From the NCBI GenBank assembly GCA_963575745.1, contig CAUYUJ010000237.1, positions 558,001 to 622,000 of the forward strand: a stretch of 64,000 bases of DNA, read 5' to 3'. Below the pieces are notes generated by a model that saw nothing but the letters and a program-made list of their open reading frames with translations, was not told where the DNA came from and made no database searches. Source of the stretch: Prorocentrum cordatum. Lineage: Eukaryota. Made by a program: the position numbers and the translations under genes. This document shows, piece after piece, positions 52,721 to 64,000 of the stretch (the first letter of the stretch is position 1; every line of letters begins with the position of its first letter).

Positions 52721-53642
52721 CCCTTTCCCTACCCCTTTATTGGTCTTCCTGCATCAGTTCCTTAGGTCCCTACCCTCATCCCTGTGTCCCTCTCCTTAGA
52801 TCCCTATCGCTAGATCCCAATCCCTATATCCCCATTCCTTTATCCTAAGCCTCATATCCCTGGCCTGATGCTCTTAGCCCTGCCCTTATACCGATCCCCC
52901 CATCCTTGGCCCCCCAATTGTGGCCGACCATCGCGCCCCCCCGTCGTGACCCCCGTATTGTGGACCCCACCTTAACTGTGCTGAAAGCTATTCGGAGGCT
53001 TCTGCCGCAGGGGTGCTGCTTGTCATGTGCTTTCGGCTTCCAGGCCCTCCGGCCCAAGCTGGCCTCAGGAGGGCTCCACACGGCTCGGAATGCCGACGAC
53101 AGCCACGGTAGATTTCCAAGAGGGCCTCGGCGTGTCTGGAGAAGCTCCCAGGACGGCCCGAGGCCGCCACAAGAGGGCCCCAGAGCGTACCACGAAGCCT
53201 CCAGGACGGCCCAAAGATGGCACCACGAAGAGCCCGAAGAGTGTCCGAGAGGCCCCGGAGAGCCCCAACCCAAGGCAGCAGAGGAGAGGTCCGACGAGTT
53301 GGCCCAAAGAGGGCCCCAGCCAGCCCCAGGGGACCCCGACGTGGCCGCAGACGGCTCCACAGGGCATCGAGACGCCCCCAGTACGGTCCAAGAGAGCCTC
53401 GGCACGGCCCCCAACGCCAGAAGCACTCAGCAGCAGACGGCACTGGCAAACAGAGCCGGCAATCAGCAGCACCCCGCGACAGCAAGCTGAAGCGTAACGC
53501 AGGCCAGCAGGCACGCGCTGTCGGGCCACCGGGCTGAGTACCACGCGATCAGGACGGCTCGCCAAACGGCTGGCAAAAAGGCAAGCGATCCCTACACTTC
53601 CGGAACTTACCTTGGACGGTAGTCCACGGGCCGACCCTAGTC

Positions 53643-54377
53643 ACCTACAACGCAGCAGTCAGCGCATGCGGGAAAGGAGGGCGGTGGCAGCAGGCGCTGT
53701 CTTTGCTGAGGGAGTTGTGGAACATGGATCTGGAGGCAGACGTCGTCAGCTACTGTGCAGGGATAAGCGCGTGCGAGAAAGGTGGACAGTGGCAGCAAGC
53801 CTTGTCTCTGCTGCAGGAAATGCGCGAAACAGCGTTAGAGCCGGACAGTATGAGCTATAGTGCTGCAGTCAGTGCTTGCGAGAAACGTGGGGAGTGGAAG
53901 ATGGCACTGACGTTGTTGGGCGACATGCTCAGATCGCAAGCGTTGCCAGAACCTATCATTTACAACGCTGCTATAAGCGCATGTGAGAAAGCAGCGGAGT
54001 GGCAACACGCTATGTCTCTGCTGAGAGAGATGCGTGCGATGAAGTTGGAACCAGACATTATCAGCTATTGCGGTGGAATCAGTGCATTCGAGAAAAAGGG
54101 CCTGTGGCAGCAGGCGTGCTCGTTGCTCAGAGAGACGAAGGAGGTGCAGTTGGAGGTGGATGTCATCGGCTACAGCGCTGCGATTAGCGCGTGCGAGAAA
54201 GGTGAGCAGTGGCAGCAGGCATTGTCGTTGCTCCGGAAGTTGTGCGAAGAACATGTGGAGGCAGACGTCACAAGCTACAATGCCGCGGCCAGCGCTTGCG
54301 AGAAATGTGGGCAGTGGCAGGTGGCGCTGTCGCTGCTCAGAGAGATGGAGAGAGCAACGCTGGAGCCAAATGTCATT
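53643..54377 (+). CDS. PPR block 2 (exactly 7 motifs, 735 nt)
   Basis: TYNAAVSACGKGGRW.. to ..LEPNVI with no stops. Confidence 0.9.
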
Positions 54378-54418
54378 CCATTACTTTTACCAAGTGGTTG
54401 GCCCGCGCAAGGAAGCTA

Positions 54419-54520
54419 CAGTTGAAACCAATGCCAAGAAACACCCTGCTTGCCTCCAAGGTGCCCTGGGTTTCTTGGGTTTCGATGGTTTTGCTGTGGG
54501 AAGCGTGACGTTCCCACCCC
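54419..54520. mobile_element. Partial MITE family A copy
   Basis: TA-CAGTTGAAACCAATGCCAAGAA..GTGACGTTCCCAC matches the 5' part of 14537-14712. Confidence 0.7.
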
Positions 54521-54747
54521 AAAAATCACAAGACAGTTCGCCGCTTGGGCCCAACCTCCAGCCCAAACGGCGAGCATAAATCGGGCGTAGCCCCGCATGC
54601 ATTCGAATGCCCACACTTCGTCCTCGTACTACTCGTATTTCTCCCCGTCCTCCTCCCCATCCTGATACTCGTCGTCGTTCTCCTCCTCGTCCTCCTCCTC
54701 ATCCACCTCGTCTTCCTCGTCTTCCTCCTGCTCGAGCTCGGTTTCCT

Positions 54748-55000
54748 ATCGATTGCGCCATAGGTTGCGCCTTCGGCGGCCGAGAATAAAACCGTCTCCG
54801 ATCGGTTGCTCCATAGGTTGCCCCCTCGGCGGGCGAGAGTAAAACCGTCTCCGATCGGTTGCGCCATAGGTTGCGCCTTCGGCGGCCGAGAATAAAAGCC
54901 GTCTCCCATCGGTTGCGCAATAGGTGGCGCCCTCGGCGGCCGAGAATAAAAGCCGTCTCCTATCGGTTGGCAATAGGTTGCGCCCGTGGCGGCCGAGAAT
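54748..55000 (+). repeat. ~54-bp tandem repeat, about 4.5 copies
   Basis: ATCGGTTGCGCCATAGGTTGCGCCTTCGGCGGCCGAGAATAAAACCGTCTCC units. Confidence 0.9.
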
Positions 55001-55142
55001 ATCACCGTCGCGTAACAGGTGCGACCAGTCTGTTCAGTTCAGTTCAGCTCAGTCCAGCTCAGTCCAGTCAGTTTTCACCTCGCGAGAAGCACATTCGGGC
55101 CCCGCCCGCAAGCAATGGACGTCCTGGGGCCTCAGGGTTGGG

Positions 55143-55683
55143 CTCCTCCCCCCTCCTCGTCCTCCTCCTCCTCCTCATCCTCCTCCTCCCCCTCCTCCTC
55201 CTCCTCCCCCTCCTCCCCCCTCCTCCTCCCCCCTCCTCCTCCTCCTCCTCCTCCTCCTCTCCTCCTCCCCCCTCCCCTCCTCCTCCCCCTCCTCTCCTCC
55301 TCCCTCCCCCCTCCTCCTCCTCCTCCTCCTCCTCCTCCTCCTCCTCCTCCTCCTCCTCCTCCTCCTCGGGTGCAGCCCACTGCTCCGAGAGCCGGGGCGG
55401 GCCTGGAGCCCCCGGGGAGCGCCCGATGGGGCCTCCGGGCTGCTCTCGGCGGCAGGCCCCGGGCGCGCCAAACCGCGGCGCCCCGACCGGGCCCCCGGAG
55501 CCGCGCCCGGCCGAGCCCGGGGCTGTCCCTCCTGGGAGACTCTCCGGGGCTGCCCCCCCTCCCTCCCCATCCTCCTCCTCCTCCTCCTCCTCCTCCTCCT
55601 CCTCCTCCTCCTCCTCCTCCTCCCTCCTCCTCCTCCTCCTCCTCCTCCTCCTCCTCCTCCTCCTCCTCCTCCTCCTCCTCATC

Positions 55684-55749
<66 letters not shown>

Positions 55750-55901
55750 GCATTCATCATCATCATCATCATCAGCATCAGCATCAGCATCAGCATCAGC
55801 ATCAGCATCAGCATCAGCATCATCATCAGCAGTCACCATCATCATCATCACCATCAGCAGCATCATCATCATAATCAGCAACAGCCGCAGCAGCAGCCTT
55901 C

Positions 55902-55933
<32 letters not shown>

Positions 55934-56030
55934 CGTCGTCGTCATCATCATCACCATCACCATCATCATCATCAGCATCAGCATCAGCATCGTCATCAGC
56001 ATTCACCATCATCATCATCACCATCACCAG

Positions 56031-56065
<35 letters not shown>

Positions 56066-56104
56066 CCATCAGCAGCATCATCATCGTCATCATCATCATC
56101 ATCA
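55143..56104 (-). repeat. (CCT)n and (CAT)n microsatellites (GAT then GAG on the minus strand)
   Basis: CCT at 55143-55366 and 55570-55680, CAT at 55681-56104. Confidence 0.95.
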
Positions 56105-56462
56105 GTCTCCCAGGAGCCAGGGCGGCTCCTGGGAGACTCTCCGCTCCGGAGACCCCCGAAACCACGGAAGTTCTCTTGGGCCGCCTCGGGTGCTGGGGGG
56201 CCAGTCTGGGAGTCGCACCCTCGCCCCTCAGGAGCTTCCCTGGTCCCCAGGAGGCAGTGGCAAAGCCATGGCCAAGCATATCTGGTTGTGCTCCTGTTCT
56301 TTCGGTCTCGTCGTAATTCTGGGCTTCTGGAGCCGGCTAAGCATGGCTTGAGCTGGAATTGCGAGGGGAGGGGAGGAGCAGGAGGAGGATAATGGGGAAG
56401 GAAGGAGGGAAACCGATGAAAGAGGCAGGAGGGAATTGGATGGCCATTCGCAGGTTCATCTT

Positions 56463-56552
56463 ATCAGATACACTGCTGGAGTCGACGCGTGCGATAAAAG
56501 CGGGCATATCATGCAGGCGTTATCATTGATCAGCGAGATGCGGGGTATGAAG
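56463..56552 (+). pseudogene. Orphan degenerate single PPR motif
   Basis: IRYTAGVDACDKSGHIMQALSLISEMRGMK, in a different frame from block 3. Confidence 0.6.
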
Positions 56553-56610
56553 GCGCTTGTGCACTTCGGCGCCAGTGCCGGGAATGTCAGTCCACGGGTC
56601 TGCCCTAGTC

Positions 56611-56820
56611 AGCTACAACGCTGGAGTCAGCGCGTGTGAGAAAGGCAGGCAGTGGCAGCAGGCCTTGTTGTTGTTACGAGAGTCGTGGGAGGTTATGCTG
56701 AGAGTCGATGTTGTTGCCTACAGCGCTGGGATCAGCGCGTGTGACAAGGGCGGACAGTGGCAACAGGCGCTGTCGCTGTTGAGGGAGGCCTTGGACTTGA
56801 AGCTGGAGCCGAATGTCATC
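56611..56820 (+). CDS. PPR block 3 (exactly 2 motifs, 210 nt)
   Basis: SYNAGVSACEKGRQW.. to ..LEPNVI. Confidence 0.85.
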
Positions 56821-57230
56821 ACCATGCCTTCACTGCCACACTCTCCAACCAGTGCTTGCACTTTTGGGTTCCCACTCCTCTTCCTTAGGAGGAACTGGAT
56901 CGGTACGCCAGGCTCTCGGCTGGCTTCCGCTTGGTGCCGGCCCCCGTGGGCGCCTCGTGCGCGCCCCGCGCGGGGTTGGTATGCCGGTATGCCGAGGTTT
57001 CGCTTGGTGTCTGCATGGGCCGGTTTCCCACCACCGCTACCATAGGCAGGAGGAGGAGGAGGAAGAGGAGGAGGAGGAGGAGGAGGAACAGGAGGAGGAG
57101 GAGGAGGAGGAGGAAGGAGGAGGTGTAGGAGGAGGAGGAGGAGGGAGGAGGGAGGAGGAGGAGGAGGAGGAGGAGGAGGAGGAGGAGGAGGAGGAGGAGG
57201 AGGAGGAGGAGGAGGAGGAGGACTTGTGAC

Positions 57231-58135
57231 TCCTGCTTAGCTTCCCGGACTCTGAGGAGGATCTGGCGCTGCTCCGCTCCTGCGGCGGCCCCCACGCGTC
57301 AGGCTGGCAGACCGTCTCGCCCGGCGAGCGCGGGCAGCAGCTGAACGACCCTGACTTCCGCTCAACGGCACGCTGCCTGCTGGGCCAAGACGCGGCGCCC
57401 GCCGGGGCCACCTGCCAGAACTGCACACGGCCCGGGGGGCGGGCTGGCCATGCAGCGCTGCGGCGACCCGCTCTGCGCCAAGGCCCACCACGCCTGGCGC
57501 TGCGCGCGCGGAGGCGGGCTGAAGGCGCGCGGCGGCGACTTGGAGACCGCGTGGGAGCGGATCCACGCCGAATGCAGCTTCCGAGTCGCGCGGCAGACCC
57601 CAGTACCGGCCTCGGACCGCTGGCGCTGGCACTGCGCAGGCTGCGAGGCAGGCGGCACGGCGCCCGCGCGCCTGGCGGCGGGGGCGGCCGGCGCCAGTTG
57701 CGGGACTGCGCTGACGGCCGGGCGCGAGGAAGCCATCCTCGACATGGAGCCCCGGCGGGCGGACGCCCCCGCGGGTGTTCGCCGACGGCACCGTGCGCTA
57801 CGGCGTGCCCTGCGACGCCGACGGGCTCCAGGCCGCCGTGGCGCGCGATGGCGCCGTCGCCAGGGGCGCCGAGGTTGACAAGCACGCCCGGTACCCTGCA
57901 GGGCGCGGGCCCTGGCGCATGGTGCCGCTCGCGCTCGAACCGGGCGGCCGCCGCGGCCTGGCCGCCTTGCGCCACCTGCGGCGCCTGGCGCGAGACTGCG
58001 CTTAGCTCCTGGCCGCGGACGACGGCCCGGCGGCCGCGGCGGCAGCCAGCGCTTTGGCGCGCCGCTAGGGCGCTGAGTTTTCGATGGTGCTCCAGGCCGC
58101 CACGGCGCGCCAGCTGCGCACGGCGCTCGGGGCGG
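57231..58135 (+). mobile_element. 3' fragment of a CRE-like non-LTR retrotransposon (zinc knuckle plus restriction-like endonuclease), disrupted
   Basis: LRSCGGPHASGW, LNDPDF, C..CGDPL..AHHAWRC..GG, ILD..ADGTVR, AEVDKHARY, VPLALEPGGRRG and FSMVLQ in typical order, with frameshifts and stops. Confidence 0.75.
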
Positions 58136-58204
58136 AGGGGGAACGCCCGCGCGCCCGGGCCGCCCTGGCCGCCTCGCTGGCTGGGTGATCCGGCGTTGCT
58201 GCAG

Positions 58205-58272
58205 GGTCAGGCCGGCTCCGGTTTCGTCTACTTCGCGTACACCATCGCCGCCATGCTCGTGGAGTTCAGTGG
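58205..58272 (+). CDS. Possible isolated exon with a hydrophobic segment (GQAGSGFVYFAYTIAAMLVEFS)
   Basis: TTGCTGCAG|G acceptor and GC3-rich codons. Partner exons unknown. Confidence 0.3.
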
Positions 58273-58989
58273 GGGCATGCCCTCGGGCGTTCGATAGACC
58301 GCCCTGGGGATTGCAGGAGGAGGGAAAGGAGGAGGAGGAGGAGGAGGAGGAGGAGGAGGAGGAGGAGGAGGAGGAGGAGGAGGAGGAGGAGGAGGGGAGG
58401 GGGTGAAGGAGGAGGAGGAGGAGGAGGAGAGGAGGAGGAGGAGGAGGAGGAGGAGGAGGGGGAGGGGGAGAAGGAGGAGGAGGAGGAGGAGGAGGAGGAG
58501 GAGGAGGAGGAGGAGGAGGAGGAGGAGAAGCAGGACCCTCCCATCTTCCCTTCTCCCCCCGTCCTACCTGTGATGGTGGTGGTCGAACTTTGGCCCATCA
58601 TGTCTGCGGGCACGTCGTGGGCGCCCAGAGTTGGATGGATCTGCCGAGGTTTCGCCTGGCGCCCGCGCCGTGGGGGCGTTCGATGGGCTCCCAGCGGGGG
58701 TGGGGGGCAATGCCGAGGCTTCGACCGGTGACCGCGCCCGGGGGCGCCTCGCGGGCGCCCCGCGCAGGGGCAGTGTGCGGACGCTTCGCCTGGTGCCCGC
58801 CCGGGGGCGCCTCGTGGGAGCCACTGCAGCGGAGGAAAAGATTCCCAATCTCTCTGCCCTTCGCTCGTTTTCCCCTTTTTGGGCCTCCTCGGGGGCCCTC
58901 GTCGCCACCGTTTGAGTCGCCTCGAAATGCTGGTCAGAACGCGCCCCGGGAGAGGTCCAGGGAGTAGCGGTATCAGTACTTTTTGGTTT

Positions 58990-59360
58990 CCCCGCACATA
59001 GCTTACACCGCAGAGCTTACACCCCACAGCTCACGCCAGATGTCCGACACCGCGTAGCTGTCGCCACATGGCACACGCTACCCAGTTCATTCGACCTAGA
59101 TCAGCTCGGACAGCTCTCACACCGCATAGCTTGCACAACACACCGTACACCACATACCTCACACCGCATAGCTCACGCCACATGGCGCACGCCGCATAAC
59201 TGACGCAACACAGCGTATAGCACATCTATTTCGCCACATAGCCTACACAACATAGCTCGCACAACATACCTTACACACATTGAACGTAATCAGTTTGCAC
59301 AGCATTGCTTTCACCCCACAGGTTCCACCGAATAGCTTACTTCGCATAGCTCCCACCGCC
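58990..59360 (+). repeat. Degenerate CACACCGCATAGCT minisatellite
   Basis: Recurrent 14-nt motif. Confidence 0.7.
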
Positions 59361-60113
59361 ACAGTGCAATGATTTATTGTTTGGGGTCCAAGCGGGCTAA
59401 CATGTTTTCAGAAGAGGCGCGTGCGATCACTGGCAAGGTTTGGCGTTGCGCACCCTTCCTGCCCCTGGAGGCTCACGAGGTACTCTACCACAGTCTCCAC
59501 ACCACAACCCTTAGGCCTACACCTACCTTCTTTTTTCCTCCAGGCACCTCGATGCGCCATTCACTGACCACCAGATCGGTGCAGACCGAGGAGCAAGCGC
59601 GGTGCCGAGAAACAAAATAGTCTACGGAAAGAACATGTTTAGTGTCGAAGCGCGCGCGGATCGCGAAAGTGGCAGGTTGATGTTCTTGGATGTGATGCCC
59701 AGCGTGTCTTACAGTAGGCACATCGAGTACAGAAACGGGCTGCCAGCCGAGGCCCCTCTGGAAGTTCCTCCTTCCCCCCTCTGGCCATTGGGACCTCCAG
59801 AAGCCCTGGGGCACCTCATGCTCGGTTCGAGCTTCGACGACAGGAGTGCCAACAAGCGTGCAAGGTTTACGGTCGGAGGAGGAGGAGGAGGAGGAGGAGG
59901 AGGAGGAGGAGGAGGAGGAGGAGGAGGAGGAGGGAGGATGAGGAGGAGGAGGAGGAGGAGGAGTGTCGCCCCGCCGGTCCTGGCCTGGCCACGCCCCGGC
60001 GCGCCGCGCCAAGCGCGCCCCAGGCCTCGAGCGTCAACGTCTTGAGCTCTTCCCAGCGCCTCCCCCCCCGCGCAGCGGCACGACCCGCCCCTCCACTCGC
60101 AGGGCATAGCGTG

Positions 60114-60377
60114 CCGCTGGGGCCCTGAAGAAGGAACCCTTTTCGTTGGGGAGGCGCTCGGTGCTCCGTGATTGTTCGACGGTTTGCCTTCTGCTTTCCC
60201 GAGGTCTTCCATGGGACATCGAAGCTCAACTTATGGGAGAAAGGCTCCGCGTTCCTTAAGTGTTTCGCAGCTTGCCTCAGGTTTCCCTTATGTTTTTGAT
60301 CGGAAATTGAAGTTTCACTTGTGGAAGAAAGGGGCCCCGTTCCTTATCTAGGGTTCCTTAGGTCAGCGCCCCGACTG
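60114..60377. mobile_element. MITE family B copy with internal duplication
   Basis: Shares CTGAAGAAGGAACC.TTTTCGTTGGGGAGG with 15794-15970 and ends CGCCCCGACTG-TA. Confidence 0.75.
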
Positions 60378-60848
60378 TAGCGTGTCGCTGGGGACGCCGC
60401 CGCGACTCGCTGAGCAGCAGTTCCTGACCCTACGACCGTCTGCAGCTGCCGTGCACCACCCCTCAGCGCTGCGCACTCTCTCTCTGGCCTCCGGCACCGA
60501 CCGCGCGGGGGCGCGCCGGACCCCGCGAGCGGCGCCAGGAGCCTGCAACGAAGACGCGACAGTAGTCTTCGCCATGCGAGATTGCGAAGAGACAGCGGGA
60601 GCTTGGAGCGAATGTTCGAGCAGCACGTGCGCGCGCGAGAGGAAGTGCTCGACATCGGCGGCATTCGAGGAGGCGCGCTCGAGAAACATGGGTCTCCAGT
60701 CCCTGCGGGGTTCTAGATCTGGCCGAAACCAGTGCGTTCCGACCAGAGCATCCCCACCGCAAAACGTGATCGACATCGACAGAGATTTCGGCAGGCGCCT
60801 ATGCGCTTAGTCTCCTGGTTGTTTTTACCCATGCGGTTCGCGCTGCTC

Positions 60849-61511
60849 AGTTACAGCGCTGGAATCAGCGCGTGCGAGAGAGGCGGCAAATGGCAGGAGG
60901 CGTTGTCCCTTTTGGGTGAGATGTCGGAAACGGAGGTGGCGCCGAATCTAGTAAGCTATAATGCTGGGATGAGGGCCTGTGCACAAGTCGGGCAGTGGCA
61001 GCGAGCACTGTTGCTGTTCAGAGACATGAAGGCTGTGAATTCGGAGCCGAACATTGGCAGCTACATGTCTGGAATCAGTGCGTGCGGCCAGAAAAGAGGA
61101 GATGGCCAGGCACTGTCGTTGCTAAGCGAGGTGACCGAAGTGGGGTTGGAATTGGACGTTCTTGCATATAATATTGCAATCAGCGCGTGTGAGAAGGGTG
61201 GGCAGTGGCAACACTCGTTAGTGCTGCTTTGTGAGTTGGAGGAAGCGGCGCTGCAGCCAGACACTGTCACTTTCAGTCCAGTCCTTAGCGCTTGTGAGAA
61301 AGGCGGGCAATGGCAACAGTCGTTACTGTTGTTGGGCAGGCTCCTAGAGGCGAAACTCGAACTGGATTCTTTCGGGCACAGTGCTGGAATCAGAGCTTGC
61401 GAGAGAGGTGGACAGCGGCGACCAGCGCTACCCGTCCTGGGGGAGCTGTCGCAGTCGGCGCTGTCGAGAGCCGACGTGCTCGCACGGAGAAGTCATCTGT
61501 CCGAGCGCTGA
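60849..61511 (+). CDS. PPR block 4 (about 6 motifs, last degenerate, then stop)
   Basis: SYSAGISACERGGKW.. with TGA at 61509-61511. Confidence 0.85.
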   Translation, partial: SYSAGISACERGGKWQEALSLLGEMSETEVAPNLVSYNAGMRACAQVGQWQRALLLFRDMKAVNSEPNIGSYMSGISACGQKRGDGQALSLLSEVTEVGLELDVLAYNIAISACEKGGQWQHSLVLLCELEEAALQPDTVTFSPVLSACEKGGQWQQSLLLLGRLLEAKLELDSFGHSAGIRACERGGQRRPALPVLGELSQSALSRADVLARRSHLSER

Positions 61512-62351
61512 GTGCTTCAACGAGTTCGAGTCCGAGATCATGATTGTATTGCACGTGAGCGTACCTGTCATCGTCGGCGCCGTGCTGGATCCGCATGGAG
61601 CGCGACTGCGACGGGCGAGCCGCAGAGGAGGCACAGCACGAGCGTTCACGGTATGTCACGCTGCCCGGTTGGTCTGCCCGCCGGGCACGAGAGGCTGCCA
61701 GAGAGTCCAGCCATAGGTCTCACTCGTTCACGGTCTTGAGGCTTGCCATCGCCATCGCTGCTTGAATGGCATTGTGTTGGCGGAAGGAGGAGCGCGGCCA
61801 CCGTCACAGTGATCGGGATCCCTCAGTTGGCAACGTGTGTCAGCCTTAACGGCGGATGGCCAACACGCATGATCTTGAAAGAGCTTGTGTTGGTTGACCC
61901 CTGCTAGAGTGCCGCTCAAGCTCAAAATATGCCATAGCGGACGAGGAAGAGGAGACTGTCAGACCCTTCCCCTCCCCCCTGGGCTGGCCTTCGAGCTCCA
62001 AGAGAAGCGCAATCGTGAATGGATTTGGTGATGGGGAGGAGGTGGTGGCAGAGGGAGCATGCTGGATCCTGGGGAGGGGGAGGGGAGAGGGAGGAGGCAG
62101 ATGAGGCGGGGCAGGGAAGTGGGGAACGGGGGAGGAGGAGGGGCAGGACGAGATGTGGAGGCTGGATGCGGGAGGCAGGATGAGAAGGAGGAGGGAGAGG
62201 AAGGAGGATTTGGTGGACGAGGACCTGGGTGAACCACATGAGCACCACGGATGCCACCATGCACCCTCCCGTCCCAAGTCCCTTCCTCATCGGTCCTTTA
62301 CAGGCCATCCTTTTCACTACAAGAGGCGTCCCCGAATCAACCAGCACCCTA

Positions 62352-62504
62352 CAGTCGGCCCGGATTAGTAGGTCGACCCTGCCAAATCGAGGGTACCCTT
62401 GTGTCCTGTGTCTCGCGACCTGTGCCTCCTGCATGCCTACGGCGGTGTGGCTCTCGCAAGGGTCTCGTGTCCTCTCGCGTGTCCTGTCCAATCAAGGCCG
62501 ACTG
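62352..62504. mobile_element. Tc1/mariner-type MITE family D (TA TSD)
   Basis: TA-CAGTCGGCC..GGCCGACTG-TA. Confidence 0.75.
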
Positions 62505-64000
62505 TAGACGCGGCGTCCCCGAAGCAACCAGCACCCTGTGTGCTTGCCCTTCGGGCGCGAGCCTTGCCTTGAACAGAACCGCCGCGCACGGTGCGCGCAC
62601 TTGCACGGTGCTGCTCTGAAAAGAACTCGCCAAAATGCTCCCTTGCGAGGGCGACGCGAACGTTCGCGAGGACGGCCGGCCTTTTCGGCGGCCGACGCAC
62701 GGGCGGCGCACGGGCGACGAATGCGCGACGCAACCCTTGTCGCGAAGGGGGGGTGTCAGCACGCCGGTCGTGTTACTGGGCCTCAGCACGCGCACCCTTG
62801 CAGGAAGTCGGGCGGAGGTCGGCACGGCATGAGCACACGGTTCTCAATTGAGGCTTTAAAGGACTTCCGCCGCCCGTGTGGCTGCTGCAACACCTTTTCG
62901 CCACTACGCGCCGGTCGTCGAAAGTAGGTGTTTTTGGATGCCCAGATCCCAGTCCACCTCAAGCGCCTTCAGGCAGGGCAAGCCTACTCTGGGGTTGTCC
63001 GGGGTTGTCCGGGCTGCCTACTCTGTGCGGCCTCCAGGTAGGGGCAAGCCAGCATTTCAAGCTCGACAGCGCAGACCTGGCAGATAATTGCACGCACTCG
63101 GCGGACGTGCTGATGTGTCTTCCGCCTAGGGCAACCTCCCTGGCGCGCGCGTCAGCCGGGCTGTAGAGTCACTGTCGGGTTCCACGTTTCGCGGATCCTT
63201 GTGGCATGACCCAGCGAGCACATTTGCGGGATTCACCCGTGCCGCCCTTGTTTGATCGTGATAGTTGGCGCGCGTCGGTATACGGCATTTCACTTCTCAG
63301 CTAGAGCTTGCTTTAGCGAGACCAAGCAGCTCCTATGGATGTCTGACTTGTGATCGGACGTTCTTTTGATGTATGCGGCGAATGCCTTGTTATGTCGGGG
63401 GTTGTTTCCCGCGATGAACGCGGTCGGTTCGACAAAAAAAGAATATACTTCAAGCGCCTATGCTTCTGCTGTTCTTTGTTGTTCTCTGCGAGGGCACGAA
63501 CCCAATCGACATTATCCGCTGTCCTACTTCGTGTTTTTATCTGCTACGCCCGGCCGGCGTGTATGGCGGCTGTCTTCGAGGAAGTCTCCCAGGTCACGCC
63601 TCGTTTTTTAGTTGACAGGGGACCGCCCTCCGTCCGTGCAGGCGCTACATCTGCTCAAGTTTTTTTTTTCCCCCTTTTTCTGTTTTGCTCGAAGACGCCT
63701 CTCGTGCGAGGCGTCGTGTGTCGGCGGCGAGCCCTGGGGGGCGTGGGGGGAGCGAGAGGGGCGGGCCTTCTCAACAGAATGCTCAGAACCCCCCCCGGCC
63801 TTCTGAGGACTTGTCGAAACCTTCCCCGAAGACACTGTCGCTTTCTTAGAAGGTGCGGAAGCTTTCGAGAAGTCCTGCCGCCCTCTGAGAAGGCCTTCCC
63901 TTTCTCACTCCCCCCCTTCTCTCGCCGCCGAATGTTGAGAAGAACCGTCCTCCATCTCTTGAGCGATACAAGTTTTTAGAACGAATGTGCGCGGCGCTTG

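Noticed and set aside
59544..59872. Open frame after a TTTTTTCCTCCAG acceptor (..NKIVYGKNMFSVEARADRESGRLMFLDV..)
   Set aside because: A plausible exon, but with no recognisable homology or partner exon, so left uncalled.
62510..63900. Possible minus-strand LINE remnant (AREHFGEFF resembling the RWxEHF linker motif)
   Set aside because: A single short motif, insufficient without an HMM search.

Overview
Eukaryotic, GC-rich, repeat-saturated DNA that is very likely a dinoflagellate nuclear locus. Support: a relic dinoflagellate spliced-leader core CCATTTTGGCTCAAG, AG|G exon junctions with GC donors, and 'SYNAGISACEKGGQWQQALSLL'-type PPR motifs. A Prorocentrum-like source is my inference. Most listed ORFs are artefacts of microsatellites or high GC. 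Supported coding content: (1) a multi-exon + strand gene (~14055-19017) for a probable secreted, GPI-anchored helical protein, preceded by the relic SL; (2) four + strand PPR blocks (51137-61511, ~24 motifs) whose three internal gaps all fall at the same register of the 35-aa motif, with no canonical splice donors; (3) decayed non-LTR retrotransposons (one zf+RNase H type, one CRE-like REL type, weaker EN/RT remnants). The rest is long compound microsatellites, 54-155 bp satellites and several MITE families, including TA-flanked CAGT..ACTG elements and a TCGGG..CCCGA group with mostly 5-bp target duplications. No rRNA, tRNA or CRISPR array was recognised. All coordinates and alignments were done by eye.
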